This document shows, piece after piece, positions 24,946 to 38,240 of a DNA stretch of 64,000 nucleotides; within the stretch, counting starts at the first letter, position 1, and each line of letters opens with the position of its first letter. A program made the translations under genes and the position numbers. The notes under the pieces were generated by a model. The model was not told the DNA's origin and ran no database searches. It worked only from the letters and a program-made list of their open reading frames with translations. The stretch comes from Basidiobolus meristosporus CBS 931.73 (lineage: Eukaryota > Fungi > Basidiobolomycota). Location of the stretch: positions 36,556 through 100,555 of the forward strand of contig MCFE01000299.1 of NCBI GenBank assembly GCA_002104905.1, given 5' to 3'.

Positions 24946-25845
24946 CTCAATAGTTCCTGTAGAGATGCTTTCAATGATCATCAGTAAATTCATTCAAAAG
25001 CCTGGATTACACCAAAAGTACCAATGACAATATAAATGCTGCATTATTACCATCAAATATGACTCACCTGAAGGATAATAGTAATATGGCACCATGAGGA
25101 AAACTCCCTTAATTCCATCAAAACACCATCAAAACATTGATATTCAGCAACAGGCAGGTAATAATGCTCAAAGGATACTATATGAACAGCATTCAGAAAG
25201 GAATGGATGCTCCATGTCCAAATAATTAACTAAACTTTCAACTCAACAGCCCTTAGCTCCAAGAAAAATATCAACTACAGACTGGCAGAATACTATAATA
25301 GTATCAGCTGATATCAAGTCTTCCTAAACTGACAACTCTTAATTTATTGGGTACTAGCTGCTTGACAGACTAGCAGACATACTTTCCAGGGGGAGACTAA
25401 GCTGACTAGCATTTGTGTCAAATCTGGCTTTCAGCTACTCATTACTTCAACAAGAAACCACACCTGAATTTCTGAAATAAAAACACCAGTTAAATGCCAG
25501 CAAAGCAATGTCAGAATACCAGCTGAATTCCAAATTTGAGATATTTCATTGTGTAAGCTGCTATTGACTAACCCTACATCACTTCTCCCACTCTCTATTC
25601 TTGGTGACCTGATCTAACTCTTTGCTTTTGCTCATCATATTGCAACTAATAACTTTTAACACTCCTCATTCATTCAGCTTATCAGTGCTTGTGATATCAA
25701 TCAATAGTCCTTTGTTTACCACTGGTTTTTTTAAGCTTACAACTTGCCATCTGTCTTGTATCAGCTAACTAACAGACACATAAACACACTTTCTAGGAGA
25801 AGATTAGGCTGAACAGCATCTGTACCAAAGTGATAATAAGCTATC

Positions 25846-28697
25846 AGACTTGTTCCATTGTACTGTGCAAGGCCATGCAGCACATTCCTTGGTCATTAAG
25901 AACCATTGGGGACAACACTATAGCTACCAGTAGACAGGATTGCTCTTGAATGATTTTGCACTATGTGGGATGAGCTTAGCCCCCAATTGGCTCATTGACA
26001 ATATACAAGAAATCTGATTTGCTATCAATTATCCCATCTTGCCAATTAAGAAAGTAAATCCCTGATTTTAGTGATTGGACTAGGTGTCATAGCAAGCATG
26101 CAACCAATTATGTAGGTGCAAGACAGGTCAAATTGATGCACTGGTGTAACAGATGATGTATAAGTATGCAGGGTGCTTATTTATAGGGGTTCTGTCTCAA
26201 ATGCGAGACAAACTTGATATTTATTACGTCAAAAATTAAGTGATCATTGGTTTGTGATGAATTGATTTGGGTTGCAAAAAAAAGTGTTGTTTGGATCATG
26301 ACAAATGATAGCAATTCAACACAATTGCATTATCTTCTCCTAGCTTTTTCTCTTACAGGGACAACTACTAAAGCATTTGGTAGTGATTCACTTTGCATAC
26401 CTAGAGTACTTCCTTGTTGACTTTCATCTTGGAAACTTGTGCATTTGTAGTCAGTATTTTGCCTCCTAGTTGATGAATGCAGTGACAGAGATTGGCTACA
26501 CTGAATTGCTCTAGATGATGCTACAGAACCAGCCTGAAGTGCCATGTGCTGATGCATTCATTTACTGGCCAATGGCTCCTGTAGTGGAGGCACATCAAGT
26601 GGGTCATTATCAGTCAGTTCACCAGAAGTAGATTGCTGATGGTGTAGTATAACAGCATGTGCTGATGCAACTTGATACAATAGCATGACCCTTGGCTGAG
26701 TTTGATGTGATGCCATTTGTTAACACAATTTGGCCTGCTCTGATTGACATATGTCTAGTTGAGCAGTTTGGCAAACTCTGGTAGTATTACTCTGAACCAC
26801 ACATGTTGACCCAGTGCATGGTGCTCTTGTGAAAGGTATTGGCATGGACTGGACTGACATGTGCCATTGCGCTGTAGTGGGGTGACAGTGACACCCACTG
26901 ACAGATGTGCTCATTCCCTTATTTTCTACTTCCCTATATCCCTACTACACTCATTTTAGTTTTATCCCATTTGTCTTACCCAATCAGTACTATCCCATAA
27001 GCCGGTTGACTATCACACCTGCTTACCTTATTGCATAAGTTACCCCTCACTTTATGTAAGATTACTAGTTACAAGTGCTTCTATATTAGGCAAGTACCCG
27101 CGCCAGTACCCGTGACACATGATCAACCCGTGTCACCATCCCTACCATTTCCATACCATATATGGTATCCCCATGTTACACAGGTTTCAGAATACTGATT
27201 CCTGATTGGTTGGATGTGCTGTGCCTCTTAGAACCTTCCGGCACCTACTTAGAACATTCTTAGGTCATTCTGATGTCATTAAGATTTCTATTGAACTCCG
27301 GAACCTTCTGGAACACCATGATTAGTAATCACTTAGCCAGTGAAGAAAAGTATATAAGGGAGGCTATCCCTCAACAATAAATCATCATCCCTTTTATCAA
27401 TATACCGACCTGTTGATTAGTGTGATCACTGCTACCTGCTGCTACCTGAACTTCCAACCCTAGACCACAGGACACTCCCAGGAAACCGCGCTGACAGCCA
27501 ACTGACCTTGGAGGCACTACTTGTGAGGAATACTCAGAGTAGGTATCTTTTATTATATTTGATTCTTTCCCAAGTTTGTTCTTGTACAGGCAAAGATACT
27601 TTTCTGTCTTTGTAACTATTGACCAAAGCTGCATTCTTATCAAGTCCCTGCTGGTGGAGTTTACAGTTGTTTTGACTTTGGAAGCTTTAGTACATTGTCA
27701 TCTCAAAGGACGCTGAACCCAGCACATACTTTTGTTAAGACGCCAACTAAGTTGGGGATTGTAGCTCAATAGTTTTCCCTTGACAAGCTTGTGGCTTTAT
27801 TCCCCTTCACATTAGATTAGAGACAGAACCCAAGTATTCCTAGCAAGCTTTTGCCAGAGGTTATCGCACCCAGTGAACACCCCACACACAAAACACTTGA
27901 GAAGTGTTGGACGTATCTCTCCCTTGGACTTATACACCACCACAGCGCTGGAGTTGCAAGGGATGGTAAGGAATGCAATAAGTTGTGCAGACACACTCTG
28001 GACAGGTGCCTGCAGTCTGTATTCTTCCTCTTGAAGCTCACCTTCTGATTCCTCAAGGTATTTACCTATCCTCTGTCTGATACTTTGGAACTGTGGCCCT
28101 CATGATTCTAGTGTATACTGCACTTGGAAGCCTCTTAACTCAGCTAATATATGGCACAGTACATTAGTCATTTAAGGCCAAAGCTAGTTTAACATCTCCT
28201 TGGTTCCTGAAGCTGAGGCAAGTACAGATACATTTGGTTCATACTGCACAAATTGCGCATGGAATTGTTTGCATGCAGCTTCCTCATCAAATCCCCTCAT
28301 TCTAAGCTTGTTCTTGATTTCAATACTTGTCTTCCTTTATAGCTTCTTACACACATCTCCTGGCATCTTGATATAGAACTCATGCCACAGCTTTCTACTC
28401 AAATTCTTCCTTCTCAGCTGGCTCTCTGAGGTATCCAGTTATGTTAGATTAATGAATAGTGCCCAAATATCTGTATGAAGGCTCATCATAGACACTTGGA
28501 CCATACTGAAATCATTGGGTAAGTACTCAAATGGATCCAACATCATCTTCCCTGGTCTGGACCACACTAATGAGCTGGAGGATGAGTTGTGTCTGGGTTG
28601 TACTAAGGATGAGTTGACACTTGGTATATGGACCATAGTGACAGATTTGGATAAATATACAGTAGTATATTAGCATCAATCTGGTCTTGTATGAACT
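25846..28697. mobile_element. PIF/Harbinger-like element X, copy 1 (left part; interrupted by a solo LTR)
   Basis: Left terminus AGACTTGTTCCATTG; decayed minus-strand ORF homologous to those at 41.5-42.8 kb and 58.8-59.7 kb. Confidence 0.7.
26873..27944. mobile_element. Solo LTR (family B, ~1.07 kb), 4-bp TSD gcgc
   Basis: TGTAGTGG...TACACCACCACA; gcgc on both sides; the host element resumes collinearly. Confidence 0.9.
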
Positions 28698-30268
28698 AGA
28701 CTTGTTTCATTGTACCATGCCAGGGCACATGATACAATCTGCAGCTGTTAAGAATGATTGTGCATGATGTTATAGCAACCAGTAGGCAGGATAGCTCTTA
28801 GACAATCTTGCAAACTATGGTACAGTCTGACACAATGAGGCTGGCATGGATGATTGCACCAACTTATAATGTTTGTATCACATGCACAATTAGATACCAC
28901 TATTATGGTTGGTAAAGTCCAGTATTTCGGATATGTTTCTTCAATGTAAATGGAAGTAAATGTGTATCACACTAAACTACACAGATACTTACCATTTTGG
29001 ATACCATCACTTCAATCAGATGGTATCTTAATGGTTAATTGGCCCAAAGTATCCTGAAACTGTCAGCCCCCAATTGGCTCTTTGAACAATACACAAGCTA
29101 CCTGATTTGCCATCAAATATCCCATTTACCCATTGAGCAAGTAAATCCCTGATCCTAGTGATTGGACAAGGTGCTGTAGCTATCACTTGACCAATCAGAT
29201 AGGTGCAAAATAAATCAAATGGCTGCACTGGTGTTACAGATGATATATGTATATGCAGGGTGTTTATTTATAAGGGTTCTGTCTCAAATGCAAGACAACT
29301 CTGATATTACTTATATCAAAAATATAGTGATCACAGATTTGCAATGGCTCAATTTAGATTGCAAAAAAAATGTGTTGATTGGATCATGACAAATAATAGC
29401 AATTCAGTGCAACTGCATCATCTTCTCCTAGGTTTTTTTCTCACAGGGATTACTACTGAAGCATTTGGTAGTGATTCACTTTGCACACCTAAACTACTTC
29501 CTTGTTGACTATCATCTTAGCTACTTATGTATTTGTAGTCAGTATTTTGCCTCCTAGTTGATAAGTGTAATGCTGCAGCCTGGCCACTCTTAATTGCTCC
29601 AGATGATGCTACTGAACTGGCCTGCAGTGCTACATGCTGACACGTTCTTTTACTTGTTAAAGGCTCTGGTGGTGGAGGCACTTCATGTGGGTCATCATTA
29701 GTCAGTTCACCAGAAGTAACTTGCTGATGGTCAGGTGTAATGGCATGCGCAGGCATGACTTGTTGCATTGGCATGGCCCTTGGCTGAGTTCAATGTGATA
29801 TTACTTGTTGATGCAACTTGGCCTGCTCCAATGAACCTATGTCTAAATGAGCAGTTTGGCAAGTTCTGGTGGTTTTGCTTTGAAGCATGCATATTGACCT
29901 GAAACACATCAACTCAATGCAGGGTGCTCTTATGAAGGGTGTTGACATGGTATGGACTGACATGTGCTGGTGTACTGGTGTGCTGAAGTTGCAAGGGATG
30001 GTAAGGAATCCAGCAAGGTGTGCTGGTGCAATCTGGATGCTGTTGCTTGAGGTCTGTATTCTTCCTCTTAAAGCTCACCTACTGATTCCTCAAGGTATTC
30101 ACTTACCCTCTGTCTGATACTTTGGAACTGTTGCCTGGACAAGTCCTGTGTATATTGCTTTTGGAAGCCACTTAGCTCTACTAATAAATCATGTTGTAAA
30201 TCAGTCATTAGAGGCAAAAAGTCAATCAAGATCTCTTTTGTTCCCAAAGTTGAGGCACAATTGGACAC

Positions 30269-31340
30269 TGTAGTGGGGTTACGGTGACACCCACAGACAG
30301 ATGTGCTCATTTGCATATTTTCTACTTCCTTATTTCTCTACTACACTTATTTTAGTTTTATCCCATTTGTCATACTTGAACACTACTATCTCATAAGCCA
30401 GCTTACTATCACACCTGCTTACCTTATTGCATGAGTTATCCCTCACTTTATGTAAAATTACTAGCTGTAAGTGCTTCTATATTAGGCAAGTACTTGTTCT
30501 AGTACTTGTGATACATGGTCAGCCTGTGTCACCATCCCTACCATTTCTATACCATATATGGTATTGCTATGTTTCACAGGTTTCAGAGTACTGATCCCTG
30601 ATTGGTTGGATGTGCTGTGCCTCTTAGAGCCTTCTGGCACCTACTTAGAGTACTCTTAGCTCATTCTAATATCATTAAGATTTCTATTGATCTCCAGAAC
30701 CTTCTGGAACACCATGATTAGTAATCATTTAGCCAGTGAGAAAAGTATATACGGGCGGCAATCTCTTGACAATAAATCATCATCTCCTTTATCAGTATAC
30801 TGACTTGATTGGTTAATGTGATCACTGCTACCTGCTGCTACCTGAACTTTCAACCCCAGACCACAGGACACCCCCAAGAAACTCTGCTGATAGCCAACTG
30901 ACCTTGGAGGCACTACTTGTGAGGAATACTCAGAATAGGTATCATTTATTATACTTGATTCTTTCCCAAATTTGTTCTTGTACAGGCAAAGTTACTTTTC
31001 AGTCTTTGCAACTATTGACCACAGCTGCATTCTTATGAAGTCCCTGCTGGTGGAGTTTAAAGTTGTTTTGACTTTGGAAGCTTTAGTATATTGTCATCTC
31101 AAAGGACACTGAGCCCAGCACATACTTTGGTTAAGATGCCTACTAAGTTGGGGATTGTAACTCAATAGTTTTCCCTGGACAAGCTTGTGGCTTTATTCCC
31201 CATCACATTAGATTAGAGACAGAACCCAAGTATTCCTAGCAAGCTTTTGCCAGAGGTTATTGCACCTAGTGAGCACCCCACAACCAAAACACTTGAGAAG
31301 TGTTGGATGTATCTCTCCCATGGACTTATACACCACCACA
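30269..31340. mobile_element. Solo LTR (family B)
   Basis: Same termini and length as the 26873 copy; flanks acac/atgc are both derivable from acgc by CpG transitions. Confidence 0.88.
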
Positions 31341-31387
31341 ATGCATTTGGCCTGTATTAAGCAAATTGTGTGCAAAATTGTTCCCGC

Positions 31388-32457
31388 TGTAGTGGGGTTA
31401 CAGTGACACCCAGTGACAGATGTGCTCATTCCCATATTTTCTATCTCCCTATTTTTCTACTACCCTTACATTATTTTTATCCCATTTGTCTTACTTGAAC
31501 AGTACTATCTCATAAGCCAGCTGACTATCACACCTGCTTACCTTATTGCATAAGTTATCCCTCACTCTATGTAAGATTACTTGATGCATATGCTTCTATA
31601 TCATGCAGGTACCCATGGCAGTACCCATAACAAATGACCAAGCTGCTTCACCATCCTACCATTTTTATACCATATATGGTATCCCTATCTTACACAGGTT
31701 TCAAATTACTAATCCCAGATTGGTTGGGTTTGCTGTGCCTTGTAGAACCTTCCAGCAGCTACTTAGAACATTCTTAGTGCATTCTAATGTCATTAAGATT
31801 TCTATTTGACCACCAGAACCTTCTGGAACACCATGATTAGTATTCACTTTGCCAGTGAGAGAAGTATATAGGGGGGGCAATTCCACAACAATAAATCATC
31901 ATCCCTTTTACCAACATATCAACTTGAATGATTACTGTAATCACTGCTACCTGCTGCTACCTGAAATTCCAATCCCAGACCACATGACACTCCCAGGAAA
32001 CCACACTGACAGCCAGCTGACCTTGGAGGCACTACTTGTGAGGAATACTCAGAATGTGTATCTTTTATTATATTTGATTCTTTTCCAAGTTTGCTCTTGT
32101 ACAGTCAAAGATACTTCTCTGTCCTTGTAACTGTTGACCGCAGCTGCATTTTTATCAAATCCCTGCTGGTGGAGTTTAAAGTTGTTTTGACTTTGGAAGC
32201 TTTAGTACATTGTCATCTCAAAAGATGCTGAGCCCATCACATACTTTTGTTATGACACCCACTAAGTTGAGATTGTAGCTCAATAGTTTTCCCTGGACAA
32301 GCTTGTGGCTTCATGCCCATCACATTAGATTAGAGACAGAACCCAAGTATTCCTAGCAAGCTTTTGCCAGAGGTTAATGCACCTGGTGAATACCCCACGC
32401 ATAAAATACTTGGGAAGTGTTGTACATATCTCTCCCTTGGAGTTATACACCACCACA
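31388..32457. mobile_element. Solo LTR (family B)
   Basis: Same termini; flanks ccgc/ccat(g) derivable from ccgc(g) by two CpG transitions. Confidence 0.88.
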
Positions 32458-35179
32458 CCATGTGGCTTCCTCATCAAATCCCCTCATTCTTAGCCCATTC
32501 TTGACTTGAATACCTGTCTTATTAAATATCTTCTTATGTACATCTGCTGGCATCTTGATGTAGGACTTGTGCCACAGCTTTCTATTCTGATTCTTCCATC
32601 ACTGTTGACTCTCTGAGGTATCCAGTTCTGCTAGACTAATGAGCAGTGCCCAAATATCTATATGTAGGCTCATCATAGACACTTGGGCCATACCAAAATC
32701 ATTTGGCAACATCTTGAATGGATCTAACATCAACTTTTCTGGTCCAGACCGTGCTAGTTAGCTGGGGGATGGGTTTTGTCTGGGTTGTACTAAAGATGTG
32801 TTGAGACTTGGCATAGGGACCATAGTGATGGATATGGATACTTATAAAGTAATGTATTGGCATTAACCTGGTCTTTTATGAAATATATATGAAGACTAAT
32901 GTGATTGTTGAATTTTCCATGTATTATGCATGATGCATCTCATATTGTATTGACACATATCAGATCACATCAATTACAGATATCCTATTTGATTATAGAC
33001 TTGTGTGTAAATTACCAATATAATCACTAAGTGCTTGCTTGCAGATGATATTTGCAACAAAATGAGCAGATACATGGCAGTTGATAAAGATATAATTATA
33101 ATGCATAGAAATCAGATAAATCAGACTAATTGATCAAGTCAATTCAAATCACATTTAATTGGTAACCTACCAATCCTAATATGACTTACTCTTCTGAGTG
33201 GTCTTTTCTCATTAATCCTATCACCACCACTACCCTAAGAGAGTATAACTGTTATAAACCCATCAATAGGCCATGACAAACTCTAAGTCTCATGACTATG
33301 AGGCATTATACTTGCTCTATTGTACTGGGTCAGGGTGCACAGCACAATCTATAGTAGCAAAGAGCAATTGGGTGCAGTATTTTAGCTACCAAAAGGCAGG
33401 ATTGCTCTTAGACAGTCTTGCTGTTGCAATTTAAGAAGTGATTTGGATATACAGAGCTTATCAAGAAATAGTGATAATACTTGAACTGTTGTTTATTCAT
33501 AAAGAGGCTCAGTATTTATACCTTTGTAGAAGCAATACAGCTGTAACAGTATCAAAGAGGGTTTCTTAACATTCAGGAGCATTCTGCAACAGTTTCAGGG
33601 TTAGTACATAATATTTGATAAAAAGTGTTATCTTGATCTTGACTACAAGGGAAAAATCATATAATCATATATCTGAAGAAACTGGCAAAATTGGGACTGT
33701 AAATTAGTCCTGCAGTGACCAAGACTAGTCTAGAATTGTTAAATAAATTTTTAGCTGCTGAATGATACCAAATAGTCCAATATTTAACACTCCCCCTCAG
33801 CCAAATAGTTTCTTGATCCTAATTCCTCTAAGATTCTCAAATTGTGGTCTAGCTAGTGGTTTTGTCATTATATCTGCCACACTTTGTCAGTTGAACAGTA
33901 AGCTAACTCAACTAAATTATCTTCTACAGCTTCCCTCACAAAGTGGTGTTGTATATCTATGAGCTTAGTTCTGGCATGATCAGTAGGATTTGTGCTAATG
34001 AATTACAACTTAATTATCTTTGTAAATACATGCTGGCTCATCTGAATTAAAGCCTGAGTCTTTGAATAATTGCCATAGCTATATAGCCTCCTTAGTTGCT
34101 TGCCAAGCCGCCATATATTTAGCTTCAGTTGTAGATAGAGCCACAGTTAGTTGTTTCTTGCAATTCCAAGTAATAGCTGCACTACCCTAGTGAAATACAT
34201 ACCCAGAGGTATAGCATCTGTCAATTTGATCTCTGCCCCAACCTGAATTACTATAAACATCAAACTTTTGGCTATTAGCTGCTCCAGAGTATTCCAGTGC
34301 CATATTTATGGTGCCTTTTACATATCTGAAAATCTGCTCAACTGCTGTAATCTGCTCCATTATTTAGCATGCATTGACTGACTATTCCAACTGCCACTGC
34401 AATATGTGGATGTGTAGACATCATCAGGTACATCAGGCTCTCAGCCATTGATTGAATGGGAAAGTTTCGGTCCATATTTGTGCCATTTTCAACTAAAACT
34501 AGCTGAGATTTGCTCAATACTAGATTATTGACCACTGGGGTAGCTGCAGGTTTGCAATTTTTCATTTTGAAGAATCTAAAAATGTCCCTGATGTACTTGG
34601 ACTGATCTGGTACAGTATTTTGTGTAGGTATGTAAAATCGCACTTGAATCCAAGAAAATGGCTCAATTTTCCAAGATCTTTTGTATGAAACTTGCTAAAG
34701 AGATCTGATTTTGTCTGTTTAAGTGCCCCCTGGACACTTGTAGCTATTATTAGGTTTTCCATATAAAGAACCAGGATGATCACACCCTTTTTGAGCTGTG
34801 TCACATATATATTGTGATTGGCAGTGCTACAAATGAACCTAATCTCCTCTAGATATATGTCAATCTTGTTATACCATGCTCTAGGTGCCTGCTTAAGCCC
34901 ATACAACAATTTCCTAGGTCTGCACACCTTCTGGGGGCCTTTTCAATAGGAAAACCTTCTAGTTGCTTCATGTATGTAGTTTCTTGCAAATCCCCATTTA
35001 GAAGGCTGAGTTGGTGTCCATTTGGTGTAGATCTAGACTGTGTACAGCTGCCAGGGCTAGAACTGTCCTATTGGAGTTATCTTTGGCAACTGGAGCAAAT
35101 GTTTCCTTAAAGTCTAGTTGCTGGATCTGGAAATAGCCTTCAGCCACCAAAATAGCCTTGCACTTATTAATGATACCAT

Positions 35180-38100
35180 TGTTACAAGTCTTAGTATAAG
35201 AGTTGTAGAGGAATAGGGAGTTTAGCTAGTATTGAATACGCCAAAATGTGGACGGATTTTTATTGAGGTTCCAGCAGCTCCTTATATACATTTTCCAAAT
35301 CAATTGGTGACTAATTGTATTTCCTGATGTAGGTAGTGGCTGATGACACATTTGAGTGCATCATCATCACCCAATAAGATCTCACTTAAAATATCCATTC
35401 CTGTCTGATAGGATCTGCTGATTCATTTGCTGACTAATGCTACTGATTTGATAGATAACACTGATATACTGATAGGCTAAACATATAACTAGCGGATTTG
35501 ACTAAAAGCTGATCTAGCTTAAACATTGAAGCAGTAGATCTTAACATTCTCACCTACTAAAGTTGAGGGGGTTCTCCTGAATCTCTTTTCTTGTGATACC
35601 AATATCTTGATGGTTCAGTATTGTCAGCAAGTCTTGCAAGCTTCAGTCTGTCTCTATGAACTGAATCTTCCTGGATATTCCCTAGTTTGTCCACTAGTTG
35701 GTAAGTTGCAAATGGACATTCTCTGACAATCTTAAAAGGTCCCGTCCATTGTGGCTCAAACTTCTTCCAAGTATTGTTTCTCAGCAATACAAAGTTCCCA
35801 ACTGTCAATGATTCTGGTGACATAGTCTTATCAAATCTCTGCTTCATCTTTTCAGCACTTTGAGATACCTTGGCCTGTGCTTCTTGACATCTTTGTTCCA
35901 GCTGCTGGTGTTGACTAAGCTGACTGAGTTCATGTTCTATGATGTCTATAAGCTTTGGTTATGTGAGATCTCCTGGAATCCTTGGTTCACATCCATACAC
36001 TAAGTAAATTGGCTTTTATTGGGTAGTGTTGTGTACTCTAACTCTGCGTGCAAAGAGTGCTTGGTCTATATAATTATCCCATCTACCAACAGCTCCATTT
36101 GCATACTTGGTCAGCATTTTTCCAAACAACCCATTAAACTGCTCAGTGACTCCATTAGTTCTAGGGTGATATGCCAAGGTTTTCAAGTGTCTGCTGTACT
36201 GCATTTCCAGGTAAGCTTCCAATGTCTTTGCCATAAAGTTTGCACCTCTATCAGATAGAGCTTCTATAGGGCATTCAAACTTCAAAAGGATCTCATGGTA
36301 GATGAAACTTGCGACTTCTTGCTCACTGGCTACAGGTGCTGCTTTAGCCACTGGCCATTTGGTGGCATAGTCAATTGCTACTAGGATCCTGCAATTGCAT
36401 TGCCTGGTAGTTGGCAGTCTTCCAACAAAGTCAATTCCCCATCTTTCAAATGGTCTTACAGGCTCTAAGAGAAAGAGTTAAGCAATTCTCTGTGGTTGGC
36501 CTTGGTTGATTTGGCAATTGGAGCATGTTTTCACTAGCCTCTCAATATCTTGTTTCATTCTGGGCCACCATGCTCTGGCTTTCACAAGGTTATAGGTTCC
36601 TTCAATTTCACAATGTTTGTATTCATTGTGTAGCTTATGTATTAAATGCAGGCAAACAACATAAGGGCAATAGGCAATGGGGCTTCCATCAACATTTTGA
36701 TAGAGTGTTTCATCAAGTACCACAAATTTGCTGGCTTCATCTTGAATTATCTTCTTGATCTCTTCATCCACCTCATTTGGAATGGCTTAGTCCTCCAAGT
36801 ACTTTGGTAATAGGCTAGGCCAATCTGATTCATGCACCAAGTTGAGCTGTGCAACTTGTTTGAATCTTGATAAGGTATCAGCAACTGTGTTGTTTTTCCT
36901 AGGGCAGTAGACAGTCTCCAAATCAAATTGCTGAATGTATTCACTCCATCTTGTCATTCCTCTAGAAAGTTCCTTCTGAGTAAATGTATATTTGAGGGAG
37001 GCCTGATCAGTCTTTACAGTGCATTTGACTCCTTCAATATAGCATCTCTATGTATTCAAGCAGTGTATTATGGCAAGCATCTCCTCATGCACTGGATGGT
37101 TTTGTTCTGCTGTGTTCAGTTTCTTGGATTTGAAGGCAACTGGGTATTCCTGTCACTTGTGTTCTTGGCTCAACACTCCACCAATTGCATAATTTGAAGC
37201 ATCTGTACACAGAGTCAACTCTTTTCTGGAGTCAGGTATTCTTAAGCTTGGCAGCTTAGCAAGCTCATTCTTGAGTGTCTGAAAGGCAGTCTCACAAGCT
37301 ATGTCCCACTTGTAGGTATTGTCTTTCTTGAGGATATTAGCTAGAGGGGCTGCAATACTTGCAAAGGACTTAACAAATCTCCAATAATAGGAAACCATTC
37401 CAAGGAATGATCTAAGTTCAAATATGCTATGGGGCTGCTTCAGATTCTTGATAACTTCAACCTTCTTAGAGTCTAAGGTCACTCCTCTGCTAGTCACTAT
37501 GTATCCCAGATATTCAGCATGTTCCTTGAAGAACTCACACTTGGCTAGCTTGCCATATAGTCTGTTCTCTCTCAGCTTCTTCAAGACCTTTTCAATGTGC
37601 ACCAAGGGATCCTCTACTGTCTTGCTGTATATCAATATGTCATCTAGGTAGATTAGCACAAACCTGTCTAAGTACTCCTAGAAGACAGTCTGCATCAGGA
37701 TCATGAATGTTGCAGGGGCATTGGTGAGGCCATAACTCATGACTAAGTACTTTTAATGTCCATATCTGGTTCTGAATGCTGTCTTAGGGATGTATCCTGA
37801 CTTGAGGTCAATCTTGCTGAATATAGTGGCTCCATTGAGCTTGTCCAAAAGCTCCTCAATCCAAGGTATGGGGTACTTATTCTTTGCAGTAACGGAGTTG
37901 AGTACTCCATTGTCAATTCATATCCTAAGTGTCCCATTCTTCTTCTTCACAAACAGTACTGGTGTTCCCCAAGGTGACATGCTGGGCCTGATATATCCTT
38001 GTTCCAATAACCAATCTATTTGTCTCCTCATCTCTTCCAATTCCAGTGGACTTATTTTGTAAGGTGTCTCACTCACTGGAGGGCTATCTTCTGTGTCAAT

Positions 38101-38240
38101 GGCATGATCCATGTCTTTGACTGGTGGTAGGCTTACAAGTTCATATGGAAATACATGTGAATATTCCTTCAAAAGTGTCTGGACCTTCTGGGGAACTGAA
38201 GTAAAGGAATCCTCCTGTAATACTGCCATGAGGAACATGG
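35180..38240 (-). mobile_element. Ty3/gypsy family 1, 3' part (RT-RNase H-integrase remnants + 3' LTR 35180-35546)
   Basis: [29 protein letters not shown] and [11 protein letters not shown] fragments; homologous to the 60-64 kb element. Confidence 0.92.

Larger units (their letters stand above)
28698..33230. mobile_element. Element X, copy 2 (starts inside copy 1; contains two family-B LTRs)
   Basis: AGACTTGTTTCATTG terminus at 28698; same internal sequence as the other X copies. Confidence 0.7.

Noticed and set aside
23800-25845. Short ORFs in CpG-poor sequence flanking the 24.6-kb LTR
   Set aside because: Probably decayed TE DNA, but no family could be assigned.
33225-33240. CACTAC string as a CACTA element terminus
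   Set aside because: The homologous copy at ~49.7-49.8 kb continues past this point, so it is a deletion junction rather than an element end.
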